Counted from the stretch's first letter, positions 1 to 13,367 are shown. The stretch: DNA of 64,000 bases from Octopus vulgaris (GCA_951406725.2 OX597817.1:141918001-141982000); one strand, 5' to 3'. Translations and numbers: made by a program. The notes: a model not told the origin generated them from the sequence alone.

Positions 1-1140
<1,140 letters not shown>

Positions 1141-1179
1141 ATATATATAGATATATATATAAATATATATATATAAATA

Positions 1180-2471
1180 CGAGAAGCGTTCAATAAGTAA
1201 TGCCCCTGACCCACTTGCAGTTGTTTGATCTAGCTGAAATTTTGCATGTGCAATTATTCATATCTCTATAGATTAAGTGGCACATTACAGCTCTGAACTA
1301 ATTGTGGTTTCTGATTTACAGGTGTTTGAACTGAGTCAAGTGTGAAATGGAGCCTGTTGAGTGTCGAGCAGTGATCCGGTTTTTGTATTTGAAAGGACGC
1401 ACATCACAGGAGACTTTTCATGAAATGAAAGTAACTTATGGTGATGATGCCCCATCATATGACCTTGTAAAACTCTGGCATCGTGGATTCAAACATGGTT
1501 GGAACTCTGTGGAAACAGCTCCCAGATCTGGTCGCCCCCCTTCTGCCATTGATGAAGCATCTGTCCGTCAAGTTGAGGCTGCCATTTTGGAAGATCGACG
1601 CATAACTATTCGCCAAATAGCCCATGAGGTCAAGATTTGTACCGGGTCTATGGAAACTATCATTCATGACCATTTGCATATGCAAAAGGTGTCTGCCAGA
1701 TGGATTCCCAGGTTGCTCACACATTTCCAGAAGCAAGACGCGTCGAGTGCTTGAGGATGAATTTGGAGATGTGCCAAGAAGATGAGTCAAAATTTTTCAA
1801 AAGACTGATTACACAGGATGAAACCTGGGTCCATCACTATGATCCAGAGACCAAAGCCCAGTCAATGCAGTGGAAGCACTGTGACTCACCTCCTCCAAAG
1901 AAGGCAAGGGTGCAAGCCCTCCGCTGGCAAGGTCATGCTCGCAGTCTTCTGGGACCAGGACGGAGTAGTGATGACAGATTTCCTGGCAAAGGGTACCACA
2001 ATTACAGGAGCCTATTATGCTTCACTTTTGAGGAAATTAAGAGAAACTATCAAAATCAAGAGGCGGGGCAAGATCAGCAAAGGCATCCTCCTCCTGCAGG
2101 ACAACGCTCCGATGCACAACTCGCTTGTCGCCAGATCAGAAGCACAGGCGTGCGGCTATGAACTCCTCCTCCATCCCCCTACTCCCCTGACCTTGCACCC
2201 TCTGATTTTCACCTCTTCCCAGCCATGAAGTGGTTTTTGAAAGGAAATCGTTTCCCAGATGATGCAGCCTTGATTTCTGAAGTCACGTTCGGGTTGGAGG
2301 ACCGAACTGGGGTCTTCTACAAAAACGGTCTCCAGAGCTGCATCAAACGATGGGAGAAATGCGTAACTCTGGGTGGTTCCTATGTAGAAAAAGAGTAATA
2401 ACTTTGCCAAGTTTCGTTGCTCTACTGCTATGGAAAGTGGGTCAGGGGCATTACTTATTGAACGCCCCTCG
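1180..2471 (+). mobile_element. Near full-length mariner (Tc1/mariner, DD34D-type) DNA transposon
   Basis: ~36-bp TIRs: cgagaagcgttcaataagtaatgcccctgacccact (1180-1215) vs agtgggtcaggggcattacttattgaacgcccctcg (2436-2471), 2 mismatches; TA on the left flank, TTA on the right; ~1.29 kb. Confidence 0.95.
1347..2398 (+). pseudogene. Mariner transposase, frameshifted (about 3 frameshifts)
   Basis: HTH N-terminus (RAVIRFL...PRSGRP), WIPRLL, ITQDETWVHHYDPETK, GKVMLAVFWD, LLQDNAPMH and [10 protein letters not shown] motifs spread over ORFs 1347-1754, 1700-2161, 1818-2228 and beyond. Confidence 0.93.
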
Positions 2472-2473
2472 TT

Positions 2474-3089
<616 letters not shown>

Positions 3090-3090
<1 letters not shown>

Positions 3091-6000
3091 GGTAAAAGAC
3101 AAGAAAATTAAAGCTAAAACAAACCCTGTTCAGAAAAAACAAAAGAACCCCAGCAAGAACTGTAAGGGAAAAGTCAGAAACATCTGCAAATTCTATCTGA
3201 AGGGGTACTGCTGGTACGGCGTCGAAGGTGCGAACTGTCGCTTTACACATCAGAAGCCCTACCAAAACCGCTCGGACACAAGACACAAACCCCTCCCTGG
3301 GGGAGAACAAAAAGATAAAGAAAAAGAAAACTATAAAAGAAGGAAAAATAGCGCACGGACCACTGAAAGACGATATGCGGATGTGGTGCGCGGTAACCCA
3401 ACAAATGGCCAGCTTCACCCAGATGTGAGAAGGGCAGCAGCTGAACAGCATTCTATTTTGTGCATGGCACAAAAAATTGTTCAGCAGCTGACATGGCTAC
3501 AAGCACAAAGCTGGAACTACCACCACATAAGGCCACCACCAACAGATGCAGGATGGCCACCACTGACACCAACACCAACACACACACCACAAAAATATTT
3601 CTACTGAACGTAGGAGGGCTGCTGCGCGGCAGCTGTAAAAGGAAAGTCTCATTCCTGAGAGACCTTGTGACATGGAATCAAGCTATATGCATGGCACTCA
3701 CAGAAGCGCATCTTGGACCCGATATAGGGGATGCAGAAATATACGTACCGCAATATGCACTCACACGCTCAGATAGAAAAGGAGGAGCCATGGTGGAGTT
3801 GCAATGTACATCCGAGATGACCTCACGCCCCAGGTCCTGTTGTCATATTCAAACTCAGTGTGTGACAGTCAAATTGTACACATAAGACAACTGAATATCG
3901 TCATATGCACTACATATCGCCCACCGGATGCCCCAAATCACCCAGGCATGTTTGAAGACTGCCTAACAAAAATAGAAGTCCTCACCAACCTTAAACAACA
4001 CAACAGTGTATTCTTCATGGGTGACTTTAACTTCCCCAATGTGGAATGGCCTGGGGGGCAGATGCTCTCAGGGATGACACACCATCAGCAGGCACAGGCA
4101 GAGTCCCTGCTCCATCTCACAAATTCCTCTTTCATGGAGCAAATAGTTCTGCAACCAACAAGGGCAGATAATATACTGGATCTCTGGTTCACAAACAATA
4201 TGGATATTATCCATAATGTTAAAGTGATGCCGACGATGATCTCGGATCACAACATGATAGAGCTGTCTATGTATGGACCAAGAGCCCCCGTAGACACACA
4301 GCCTATACGAAGCATCTACCATCTCTCCAGCTTAAACTTTCATAAAGCCAACTGGAAGTTGATTGAGAAAGAGATCCTCAAACAGGATTGGCCTAAATGT
4401 CTCTCCACACCGGACATTAACATGAAACACAAACACTTCATGTCCATAATACAAGCCATATGTGACAAATATGTCCCAGTGTACAGGGCCAGCACACACA
4501 AAAACAAAAACAGGATCCCCAGAGAAAGGAGGATTCTTATGAGACGATGGACAAGGATTGCGAACCGCCTGAGCAAGCATACCAAAATGGTGAGAAGTGT
4601 CGGCTCGAGAGAAGGTTAATGGAAATTGAGAAAAGTCTGCATCAATCCCATGAGAGAGCAGATAAAGAAGTTTGGGTTATAGAAAATATAAAATAAAACC
4701 CTAAAGCTTTCTTTAAGTTTGCCAAAGAGACAGCCACAGTGCACCAGAGAATAGGACCTCTCTTCCAAAAAGATGGCTCTCTCACAGGAAATCCCACGAG
4801 GATAAGTGAAATACTGAACGAACAATTCCAAAGTGTGTTCACTACACCTCTGGGACACAGGCAAGTAAACAACCCAGAAGAATTCTTTGCCACTTTATCT
4901 GCGGCCAAAGAGGCAAAAATTGAGTGCGTCAACATTGAAGATGATGATATCACACTAGCCATAGATGAGATTGACACAAACTCAGCTGCTGGACCTGATG
5001 GGTTTCCAGCGATCCTTCTCAAATCATGCAAACGAGCCCTTGCCAAACCGCTACAGCTTCTTTTTCAGAGCTTCCTTGCAAGTGGTAAGCTCCCAGTCAA
5101 ATTGAAAGAGGGGGTAATATGCCCTATCCATAAGGGAGTTAGCAGAGCAGATGCTAAAAATTATAGGCCTATCTCTGTGACCTCACACATCAGCAAAGTC
5201 ATTGAACGAATAGTCCGCAAGAAACTAATCATGTTCTTTGAAGAAAATGACTTCCTGTCTGAAGCATGGATTTCGACCAGGTAGAAGCTGCCTAACACAG
5301 CTCCTGCAACACTATGACTGGGTGTTAAAACAGCTACTAAATGGCTCAAATGTGGATGTAATATATCTCGACTTTGCAAAAGCCTTTGATAAAGTCGACC
5401 ATGGTATGATCTGTCACAAACTGCGTGGTCTCGGCATAGGCGGAAAACTTGGAGAGTGGCTGCACAACTTCCTAAAAGACAGAAGACAGGCAGTTGTGAG
5501 CAATGGAGCCACCTCCAAGGAAACACAAAAAACAAGCGGTGTTCCACAGAGTACTGTCTTGGGGCCACTGCTGTTCATAGTGGCCCTTTCAGACATGCCT
5601 TCAGTTGCTACGATGGCCACCCATGCTAGCTATGCAGATGACACAAATGTCTCCCACACAATACAAAACCCTGAAAATATTGCGCATCTGCAACAGGAGT
5701 TGGATAAAATATACAGGTGGGCGGAGGACAACAACATGCAGTTTAATGCAGGTAAGTTCCAGGCCCTGCGCTACCGGCACACAAAGGTAAACTACGCGCA
5801 GACTGGATACACTGGCCCAGGAAGAATTGCAATCCCTGAGTCAAAATCAGTGTGTGACCTAGGCATTGATATGAGCAATGATGCATCTTTCCAAGTGCAT
5901 ATTACTAATCTGGTGATAAAATGCAGACGGCTAGCTGGATGGATTCTCCGAACTTTCAGAACAAGAGAGAAGGAGACACTGATGGTCCTCTGGAAAACAT

Positions 6001-6622
6001 TCGTCCTCAGCCGCTTGGACTACTGCTCTCAACTATGGTCACCACACAATATAAAACTAACAGCAGAACTCGAAGCAATTCAGAGAAGCTACACAAAGAA
6101 GATCGTCTCAATGCAAAATATCAGCTACTGGGAAAGACTGAAAGTATTAAACCTCTTCTCCCTAGAGCGGAGGCGGGAGAGATATGCGGTGATATACATC
6201 TGGAAAATCCTGGAGGGTCTTGTCCCAAACTTTGGCATTCAAAGTTACCCCAAGCGCAGAACGGGGCGCCACTGCATGGTGCCAAAGATTCCAACATCAC
6301 CATCAAAATACAGGACCAGATACTGCAACAGCTTGGGTTTAAGAGGACCACAGCTCTTTAACATCCTCTCTAAATGCCTAAGAGACTTACATGGTGTGGA
6401 TGTGGGTTTCTTTAAAACTAAACTGGATCTCTTCTTGTCGGGAGTCCCAGATGAACCTACCTCACGACAGGAGACGCAGATGCGGGCAGCAGCATCGAAC
6501 TCCCTTGTTGATCAAGTGCCACGTATCAGGTGGATTCACATATTAGTGTAGCTCATTCAGCGGTGGTGCCCCAGCATGGCCGCGGCCTTCGGGCTAAAAC
6601 ATTTTTAAGGATTTAAGGATTT
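3090..6622 (+). mobile_element. 5'-truncated CR1-group LINE (CR1/L2/Crack/Daphne-type), ORF1 remnant plus disrupted ORF2
   Basis: ORF1 remnant with a CCCH finger (3185-3250), APE and RT ORF2, short 3'UTR with hairpin and (ttaaggat)-type tail repeat at 6605-6622. Confidence 0.9.
3553..6551 (+). pseudogene. LINE ORF2: apurinic-like endonuclease plus reverse transcriptase, with several frameshifts/stops
   Basis: APE motifs LLNVGG, LTEAHL, YRPP, MGDFNFP, NILDL, SDHNMI; RT motifs GPDGFP, NYRPIS, HGFRPGRSC, YLDFAKAFDKV, GVPQSTVLGPLLF, YADDT; C-terminal SLERRRERY. Confidence 0.92.
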
Positions 6623-6649
6623 ATATATATGTATACATACATACATTAG

Positions 6650-6960
6650 CTCTTAGATCCTGCAGTACTAGCATACGTTGCGGGTGACGAGACTTCTTCA
6701 GACATCCCGATTGATTGTCTCATTTCTTCTTGCATTGGTAATTCCCAATGCTATCATGCTGTCACGAAACCTAATGTGCCACATCTTCCTTGGCCATCCC
6801 TTCGTCTTCTGTCCTCGTCTCGGCGTCCACACCATCACAAAGGCAGCATGTCCCTGCTGTAATAATTGAAACATGCTTAGTTACCATGCTCTGCTAGCTT
6901 CTTATGTCTGCTCTTCTCAACACTTGATTTTTTTCTCACTCTGTCCTTTTAAGTGGTGCC
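6650..6960 (-). mobile_element. Decayed RTE-clade LINE 3' fragment
   Basis: Minus strand reads VWTPRRGQKTKGWPRKMW, like the RTE ORF C-terminal W.P..GKR..GRP...W motif. Confidence 0.55.
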
Positions 6961-6994
6961 CAGGCTCGAACGTAGGCAGGGCATAAGCATGATC

Positions 6995-7195
6995 TTTTAT
7001 TCTTTTACACTTTTACTTGTTTCAGTCATTTGACAGCATCCATACTAGAGCACCGCCTTAAATGGTTTTGGTCGAAGAAATCGACTCTGGACTTATTTTT
7101 TTGTAAGCATAGTACTTATTCTATCGGTCTCTTCTGCCGAACTACAACATGGATTTGAAAGCGATAGTAGCAACCGTCAAACACAGACGCACACA
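6995..7195 (-). mobile_element. SINE family A, 3' half, decayed
   Basis: ttacttgtttcagtcatttgac...agtacttattctatcggtctc is the reverse complement of the tail at 9740-9860. Confidence 0.7.
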
Positions 7196-7362
7196 TAATT
7201 ATATACATATGTATACATTGCGGTTTTCTACTACTTATGCAAAGATTGACCACCTCCTGTACCTATACCTTAGAACCGTCATGGCATCTGATGTGACTTT
7301 TTAAACCAGATAATGTTCTGAAAACAACATATCTGAAAAGACACCTGCATAGATTGCATATC

Positions 7363-7416
<54 letters not shown>

Positions 7417-8170
7417 TTACATAGATACATACATATATACATTTTTTTCTAGTTTCAGCTCAGAGCTGCGGCCATGCTGATGCACCGCCGTTTATATATA
7501 TATATAAAAACTTGGAGAAGAGAAATAACGCGTGCTTTCGGTCATATAGTAATATAATAAATAAAATATATGCATATATACATACATACTTACATCTACA
7601 TGTATATATACATGCATATATATATATGAGTACAGGACACCACAAATAAACGTAGAACACAACGAGAGACGAGAACATAAAATCAAACAAGGAAACAGAC
7701 TTTTTTTAAACAACGAAAAAACAGAGTTCCAGACAAACAATACAAGGAAAATTCCCCTTCATCAGCAGTCCCTGGTTCGACTCAAATTGTGTTTCGAAGG
7801 TAAGGACAGAACACAGTCGAAGCAGTCCTTCCTGCAAAAGGAATTAAATAAAATTATTTTGCAGAGGGGTAAAACCAGTGACAACAACAGGACGTAAAAG
7901 CAATACAAATGAAGAAAAAACAATACAAATGAAGAAAAAGAGCTTAAATCTCATGGAGATCAATGTGCAATGACTAAAGAAAATAGTCTAATAAAGGGGT
8001 ATATAAGCCCTCGGCAGAAAAAGAAGGCTTTCCTATCCGCGCGGTTAGAAAGGCCTTCTTTAGACATTGCACGGTGATCGGCATAAACTTTAAGCTTACA
8101 TAAATATACCATAATTATCATTTACAGGATTGTAAAAACGGCACCGTATAAAAAACCATTCGCACCGAAA

Positions 8171-8218
<48 letters not shown>

Positions 8219-8220
8219 GA

Positions 8221-8292
<72 letters not shown>

Positions 8293-8294
8293 GA

Positions 8295-8330
<36 letters not shown>

Positions 8331-8332
8331 GA

Positions 8333-8389
<57 letters not shown>

Positions 8390-9379
8390 CATGTATGTAT
8401 GTATGTATATAAGCAATTCTCTCTGACGCAGTCAGTATTCAAAATCCCGACTAACCGACAATATTTTACATTTCTCCGGTTTCCAATTTAGATATGAGTG
8501 ACTAGTCATGTTGGAACTTTTGGGTCTCTTCACTTAAACTATAAATACGTAGTTTTGTAACACCGCGAAACAATAGCAATGGCTATAATCGAAGAGATGG
8601 CAAAATCTTAAGTGCATAAAGAGAAAAGCTTTCGGTATTTACTTCGAATTCATGCATCCTGATTGCAGATTCTGACGAGGTCAGTTTTGCCTTTCTTCTT
8701 CTGCTGTCGACATATAATGTAAGAGTCCGAGCAGCCACCTAATGGCTTTGTTAGAGCTATCGATGGACGCATTGTGGTAATTGTTCCTGCACTTTGGGCT
8801 CTAAGTTTAAATACTGCCATGCGCGGTAGACTTTAATTCGTCAGTGGCATTTACATCACCAACCCGACCCTGGTCTCATTAATGGAGGAGTCCCTTTTCT
8901 GCAAGAATTCTGGCCAAGTTCCTGGTCTGAGTATGCCTTAATATCAAAATAAAAAAGACCTGACCTTAAGTGTAATAATATAGCATTCACAGAAATAGGT
9001 GCTGGCTCGAGGCAATGTAGCGGTAGAAATAATAGAAGAAAATATGATCAATCAGCTGCAAGGCTGTTTTATATAGAGATCCATAAGATTGCTTGGAGAT
9101 GCAAGGTATGTAATAACAAAAAAACACGTTTCTTCACAACAAAAAATTGTTAGCTGCTCTTATCTTTATAAGGGGTGCCTTTAATGATATTTATCTCTCA
9201 CTGGACGGAGTACATTTTTCTCGACTTTAATTATTGAACAATAAACTATATTTACACAGACAATCTTGAGTTGCATTCCTTTAATAACAAATGTTCTGAA
9301 GAAATGTGGTGGAAGTAAACTGTAGCGCAGTGCAGTAATATTAGATACTGAAATACTTGTTAATATCTTTAGTAACATA

Positions 9380-9536
9380 GGCGTAGGAGTGGCTGTGTGG
9401 TAAGTAACTTGTTTCCGAACCACGTGGTTCCAGGTTCAGTCCCACTGCGTGGCACCTTGGGAAATTGTCTTCTACTATACCCCCGGGCCGACCAAAGCCT
9501 TGTGAGTGGAATTGGTAGACGGAAACTGAAAGAAAC

Positions 9537-9626
<90 letters not shown>

Positions 9627-9862
9627 TGTATGTATGTATGTATATATGTTTGTGTGTCTGTGTTTGTCCCCCCAACATCGCTTGACAACCGATGCTGGTG
9701 TGTTTACGTCCCCGTAACTTAGCGGTTCGGCAAAAAGAGACCGATAGAATAAGTACTAGGCTTACAAAGAACAAGTCCTGGGGTCGATTTGCTCGACTAA
9801 AGGCGGTGCTCCAGCATGGCCGCAGTCAAATGACTGAAACAGGTAAAAGAGTAAAAGAGTAA
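9380..9862 (+). mobile_element. tRNA-derived SINE family A, full length with internal microsatellite
   Basis: Head ggcgtaggagtggctgtgtggtaag...ggttcagtccc (A/B boxes), central (TA)n/(TATG)n, tail ggcggtgctccagcatggccgcagtcaaatgactgaaac plus (gtaaaaga)n; more than 10 homologous copies in the window. Confidence 0.9.
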
Positions 9863-10685
9863 TACTACAGTGTGATAAATTTCGAAAATACATACAGAGA
9901 AGAGTTACGTACACAGAAACCAGCAGATTTCCCCTAAAACCTCGGAAGATGTTTTAGCGGAACCGAAGCGTTAGTAAAAGCATCAGCCGGAGGAATTCAT
10001 ATTTTTTTTCTCATTGAGGAAGTATTTGAACTATAAATGTGGTCATACGCTTATATGAATTCTATCTAATATAGGGAAATGCATACATGCAATAATGTGG
10101 ATAATTACATTATAACGTATAATGTAATGATGTAAAAATTCAAATGTAGCTTAATACAATTAGATATGATAATATGAATTTTATCTGGTATGCATTCAGA
10201 ATGTACAAAAAACAAGAAACAACTGTACAAAAGGCAGAAACACTGCATGTCAAATACATCTGTTAGAAATGTTTTAAACTTCATAAGAGCAGTGCTAGTA
10301 ATTATACCACAGAGACAAAGCCAGTCAGACATATTGAAATACTCAAAGTATGGAATATACTGCCATAGTTACGAATGGCTGTCAACAAGCGAGTTGGAAT
10401 TCTTCAGAGAATTAAGAATAAAATAGGAAAAAAGAAGATACACAAGAGAAAAAGTAAATATTGTAATTTATAATTATTTTTGTTTATAATCATTTACGTT
10501 AATGATATGCACAAAATGTTTCATTGTTTCTCTGTTTTCACGAGGTTTTCAATGATTGTCGTTTAAATACTACAATGAGTCGAGCATTCATTGGACAAAC
10601 ATGCATTCTTCTCTCCTCTTCCCCTGTTGTTGTTGTTGTAGTCTTTCTTTTGCTTTTCCTTTTGTTTCTCTCTCCCTCTCTCCGC

Positions 10686-10749
<64 letters not shown>

Positions 10750-10919
10750 GATAGATAGATAGATAGATAGATAGATACATAGAAAAACACACACATAGAT
10801 AATATAACAGTGGTGCCCCAGCATGACTGCAGCTTTAAAGTTGAAACAAGTTGAAGAGTATATATACATATATATACATACACATACACACACACACACA
10901 TACACACACACACACACAC

Positions 10920-10985
<66 letters not shown>

Positions 10986-10986
10986 A

Positions 10987-11737
10987 TAAAATTCAAACAT
11001 ATAAGGGATGGCTATAATAGAACATCCGGCTCACTAGAAAGAACAGCTAAACTCCAAACCACTAATAGTTGTAATTCTGAAATGGAAAGAGAAATTTCTC
11101 TTTTATATTTCTCTTTCCATTTCAGAATTACAACTATTAGTGGTTTGGAGTTTAGCTGTTCTTTCTAGTGAGCCGGATGTTCTATTATAGCCATCCCTTA
11201 TATGTTTGAATTTATATTATATAGTCTATTGACTATTTTTTTTCTTTCTCACTTGACCGCTGGAGAATTTTTCTACAAATTTTTGCTACCCTAAAATTTA
11301 TTAATTAATGATTTTTTGGCTAATTTTGAAGTTAAATCGGCAGTTTATATTTACTGCTGAGTAAACCGCGCGAATGCGGTGGATTTTGAAAATTTATAGC
11401 ATATAGACTCGAGGCATGCTCGTTATCGCCTCGTGAATATATGGTAGTCCTTGGCTTTTCTGCTGATGAGTGCAACGCCAGTGGTAAATACATTTAATTC
11501 AATTTAATTTATTTACATAAGATTGCCGAAACTATGCATAGTCCAGAAAAGAAAGGGTAAACGTTTTTATTTCTCTTTCCATTTCAGAATTACAACTATT
11601 AGTGGTTTGAAGTTCAGCTGCTCTTTCTAGTGAGTCGGATGTTCTATTATAGCCATCCCTTATATGTTTGAATGTATATTATATAGTCTATTGACAATTT
11701 TTTCTAGAATTGTTTGCTACCCTAAAATTTATTAATA
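10987..11737 (+). mobile_element. Non-coding Penelope-like/retrozyme-like element (inverted plus direct terminal repeat) with hammerhead
   Basis: 10987-11095 is the reverse complement of ~11106-11215; ~11106-11305 is repeated directly at ~11568-11737; hammerhead core lies between the direct repeats. Confidence 0.75.
11455..11551 (+). ncRNA. Type I hammerhead ribozyme
   Basis: Stem I cttttctg (11455-62) / cagaaaag (11544-51), perfect 8 bp; CTGATGA 11463-69; stem II gcaa/ttgc; GAAA 11528-31; palindromic stem III actatgcatagt; GTC cleavage triplet 11541-43. Confidence 0.8.
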
Positions 11738-11764
11738 TATACACATATATATACATATATACAT

Positions 11765-11782
11765 CTATCTATCTATCCATCA

Positions 11783-11868
<86 letters not shown>

Positions 11869-11871
11869 ATC

Positions 11872-11941
<70 letters not shown>

Positions 11942-11942
11942 T
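11765..11942. repeat. (TATC)n switching to (GATA)n, a palindromic microsatellite
   Basis: Strand switch at ~11870; the same arrangement occurs at ~10687-10777. Confidence 0.9.
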
Positions 11943-12478
11943 GTTTGTTTATTGGCCACTCAGGGCTGAACACAGAGATGACAAAATACAAAGCAGAACC
12001 TTTCTTTTGGGCGGAAAAAAGAGGGTAGCATTTCGATCAAAAGGGATCGTGGAGAAAGAAAAGGACCGATCAATAGGGATCGTGTATCACAGAAATGTCA
12101 TAATGTAAAAAGGGGAAACAGATTAGGCTTATCCGGGGAAAGAAAAACCTACAGAAAAGACCACGGTAACCTCGGGCAATAATGTCATGCAAAAAAATCC
12201 CATTGCAGTAAGTGGTTCTCACTTTCCTTCTTTTTTTTGGTTCATAGGATTATGGTTAAGCTGGCTCCGTCATTCACACGTGTCATCCTTGCTAAATTCA
12301 CCCATCATATTTTGGAACATTCACTGGACAAAACCTCCCTCACTACTCTCATCTTCCTCTTCAAGTGATACGTGAAGAAGTTGATGAGAGATTGACTAGA
12401 GAGGAATGTGCTGGTCTCTAGACCTTTCAGACGCGTCCACCATACACATTCTTTCGCCATAGCCACAGGTACGATGAA
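11943..12478 (-). mobile_element. Tx1/L1-like LINE 3' end fragment (ORF2 C-terminus plus 3'UTR)
   Basis: Minus strand reads LVAMAKECVWWTRLKGLETSTFLSSQSLINFFTYHLKRKMRV...WVNLARM, resembling the L1/Tx1 ORF2 AK..IW..R C-terminus; ends near aataaac next to a microsatellite. Confidence 0.6.
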
Positions 12479-12542
12479 AGGCATATAATTGTAAGCAGTA
12501 ATTTAAAGGTTATGTTCCGGTGTTGGCGAAGGTATGCTGTAA

Positions 12543-13367
12543 TTCTTTTCTACTCTAGGCACAAGGCCCGAAATTTTGGAGGAGAAGGCCAGTCGATTTG
12601 GTCGACCACAATACGCAACTGGTACTTAATTTATCAATCCCGAAAAGATGAAAAGTAAAGTCGACCTCAGCGGAATTTGAACTCAGAACGTAAAAGACAG
12701 ATAAAATAGCTATTTCTTTACTACCCAGAAGGGGTTAAACACAGAGGACAAACAAGGACAGACAAACGGATTAAGTCGATTACATCGACCCCAGTGCGTA
12801 ACTGGTACTTATTTAATCGACCCCAAAAGGATGAAAGGCAAAGTCGGCCTCGGCGGAATTTGAACTCAGAACGTAGCGGCAGACGAAATACCTATTTCTT
12901 TACTACTCACAAGGGGCTAAACATAGAGAGGACAAACAAGGACAGACAAACGGAATAAGTCGATTATATCGACCCAGTGCGTAACTGGTACTTATTTAAT
13001 CGACCCTAAAAGGATGAAAGGCAAAGTCGGCCTCGGTGGAATTTGAACTCAGAACGTAGCGGCAGACGAAATATCTATTTCTTTACTACCCACAAGGGGT
13101 TAAACATAGAAGGGACAAACAAGGACAGACATAGGTATTAAGTCGATTACATCGACCCCAGTGCGTAACTGGTACTTAATTTATCGACCCCAAAAGGATG
13201 AAAGGCAAAGTCGGCCTCGACGGAATTTGAACTCAGTACTTAGCGGCAGACGAAATACCGCTGAGCATTTCGCCCGGCGTGCTAACGTTTCTGCCAGCTC
13301 GCCGCAGATAAAATACCTTTAAGCATTTCACCCGGCGTACTAACGATTCTGCCAGCTTACTGCCTCG
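12543..13367 (-). mobile_element. Tandem array of SINE family B (4 core units of ~188 bp, plus heads)
   Basis: Repeating gtcgattacatcgaccccagtgcgtaactggtac...gaaaggcaaagtcg...gaatttgaactcagaacg; tRNA-like head at 13260-13305 and a second head to 13367. Confidence 0.9.

Noticed and set aside
8668-8715. CTGACGAG hammerhead-like start
   Set aside because: No downstream GAAA or stems; it is a decayed SINE B core (aaattccgccgaggtcgactttgcc).
10190-10426. 78-aa ORF
   Set aside because: Another frame shows KVWNILP, suggesting an ancient CR1-type LINE end; too decayed to annotate and not a host gene.
12543-13367. Regularly spaced repeats resembling a CRISPR array
   Set aside because: Whole ~188-bp units are homologous, there are no unique spacers or cas genes, and they are eukaryotic SINE units.
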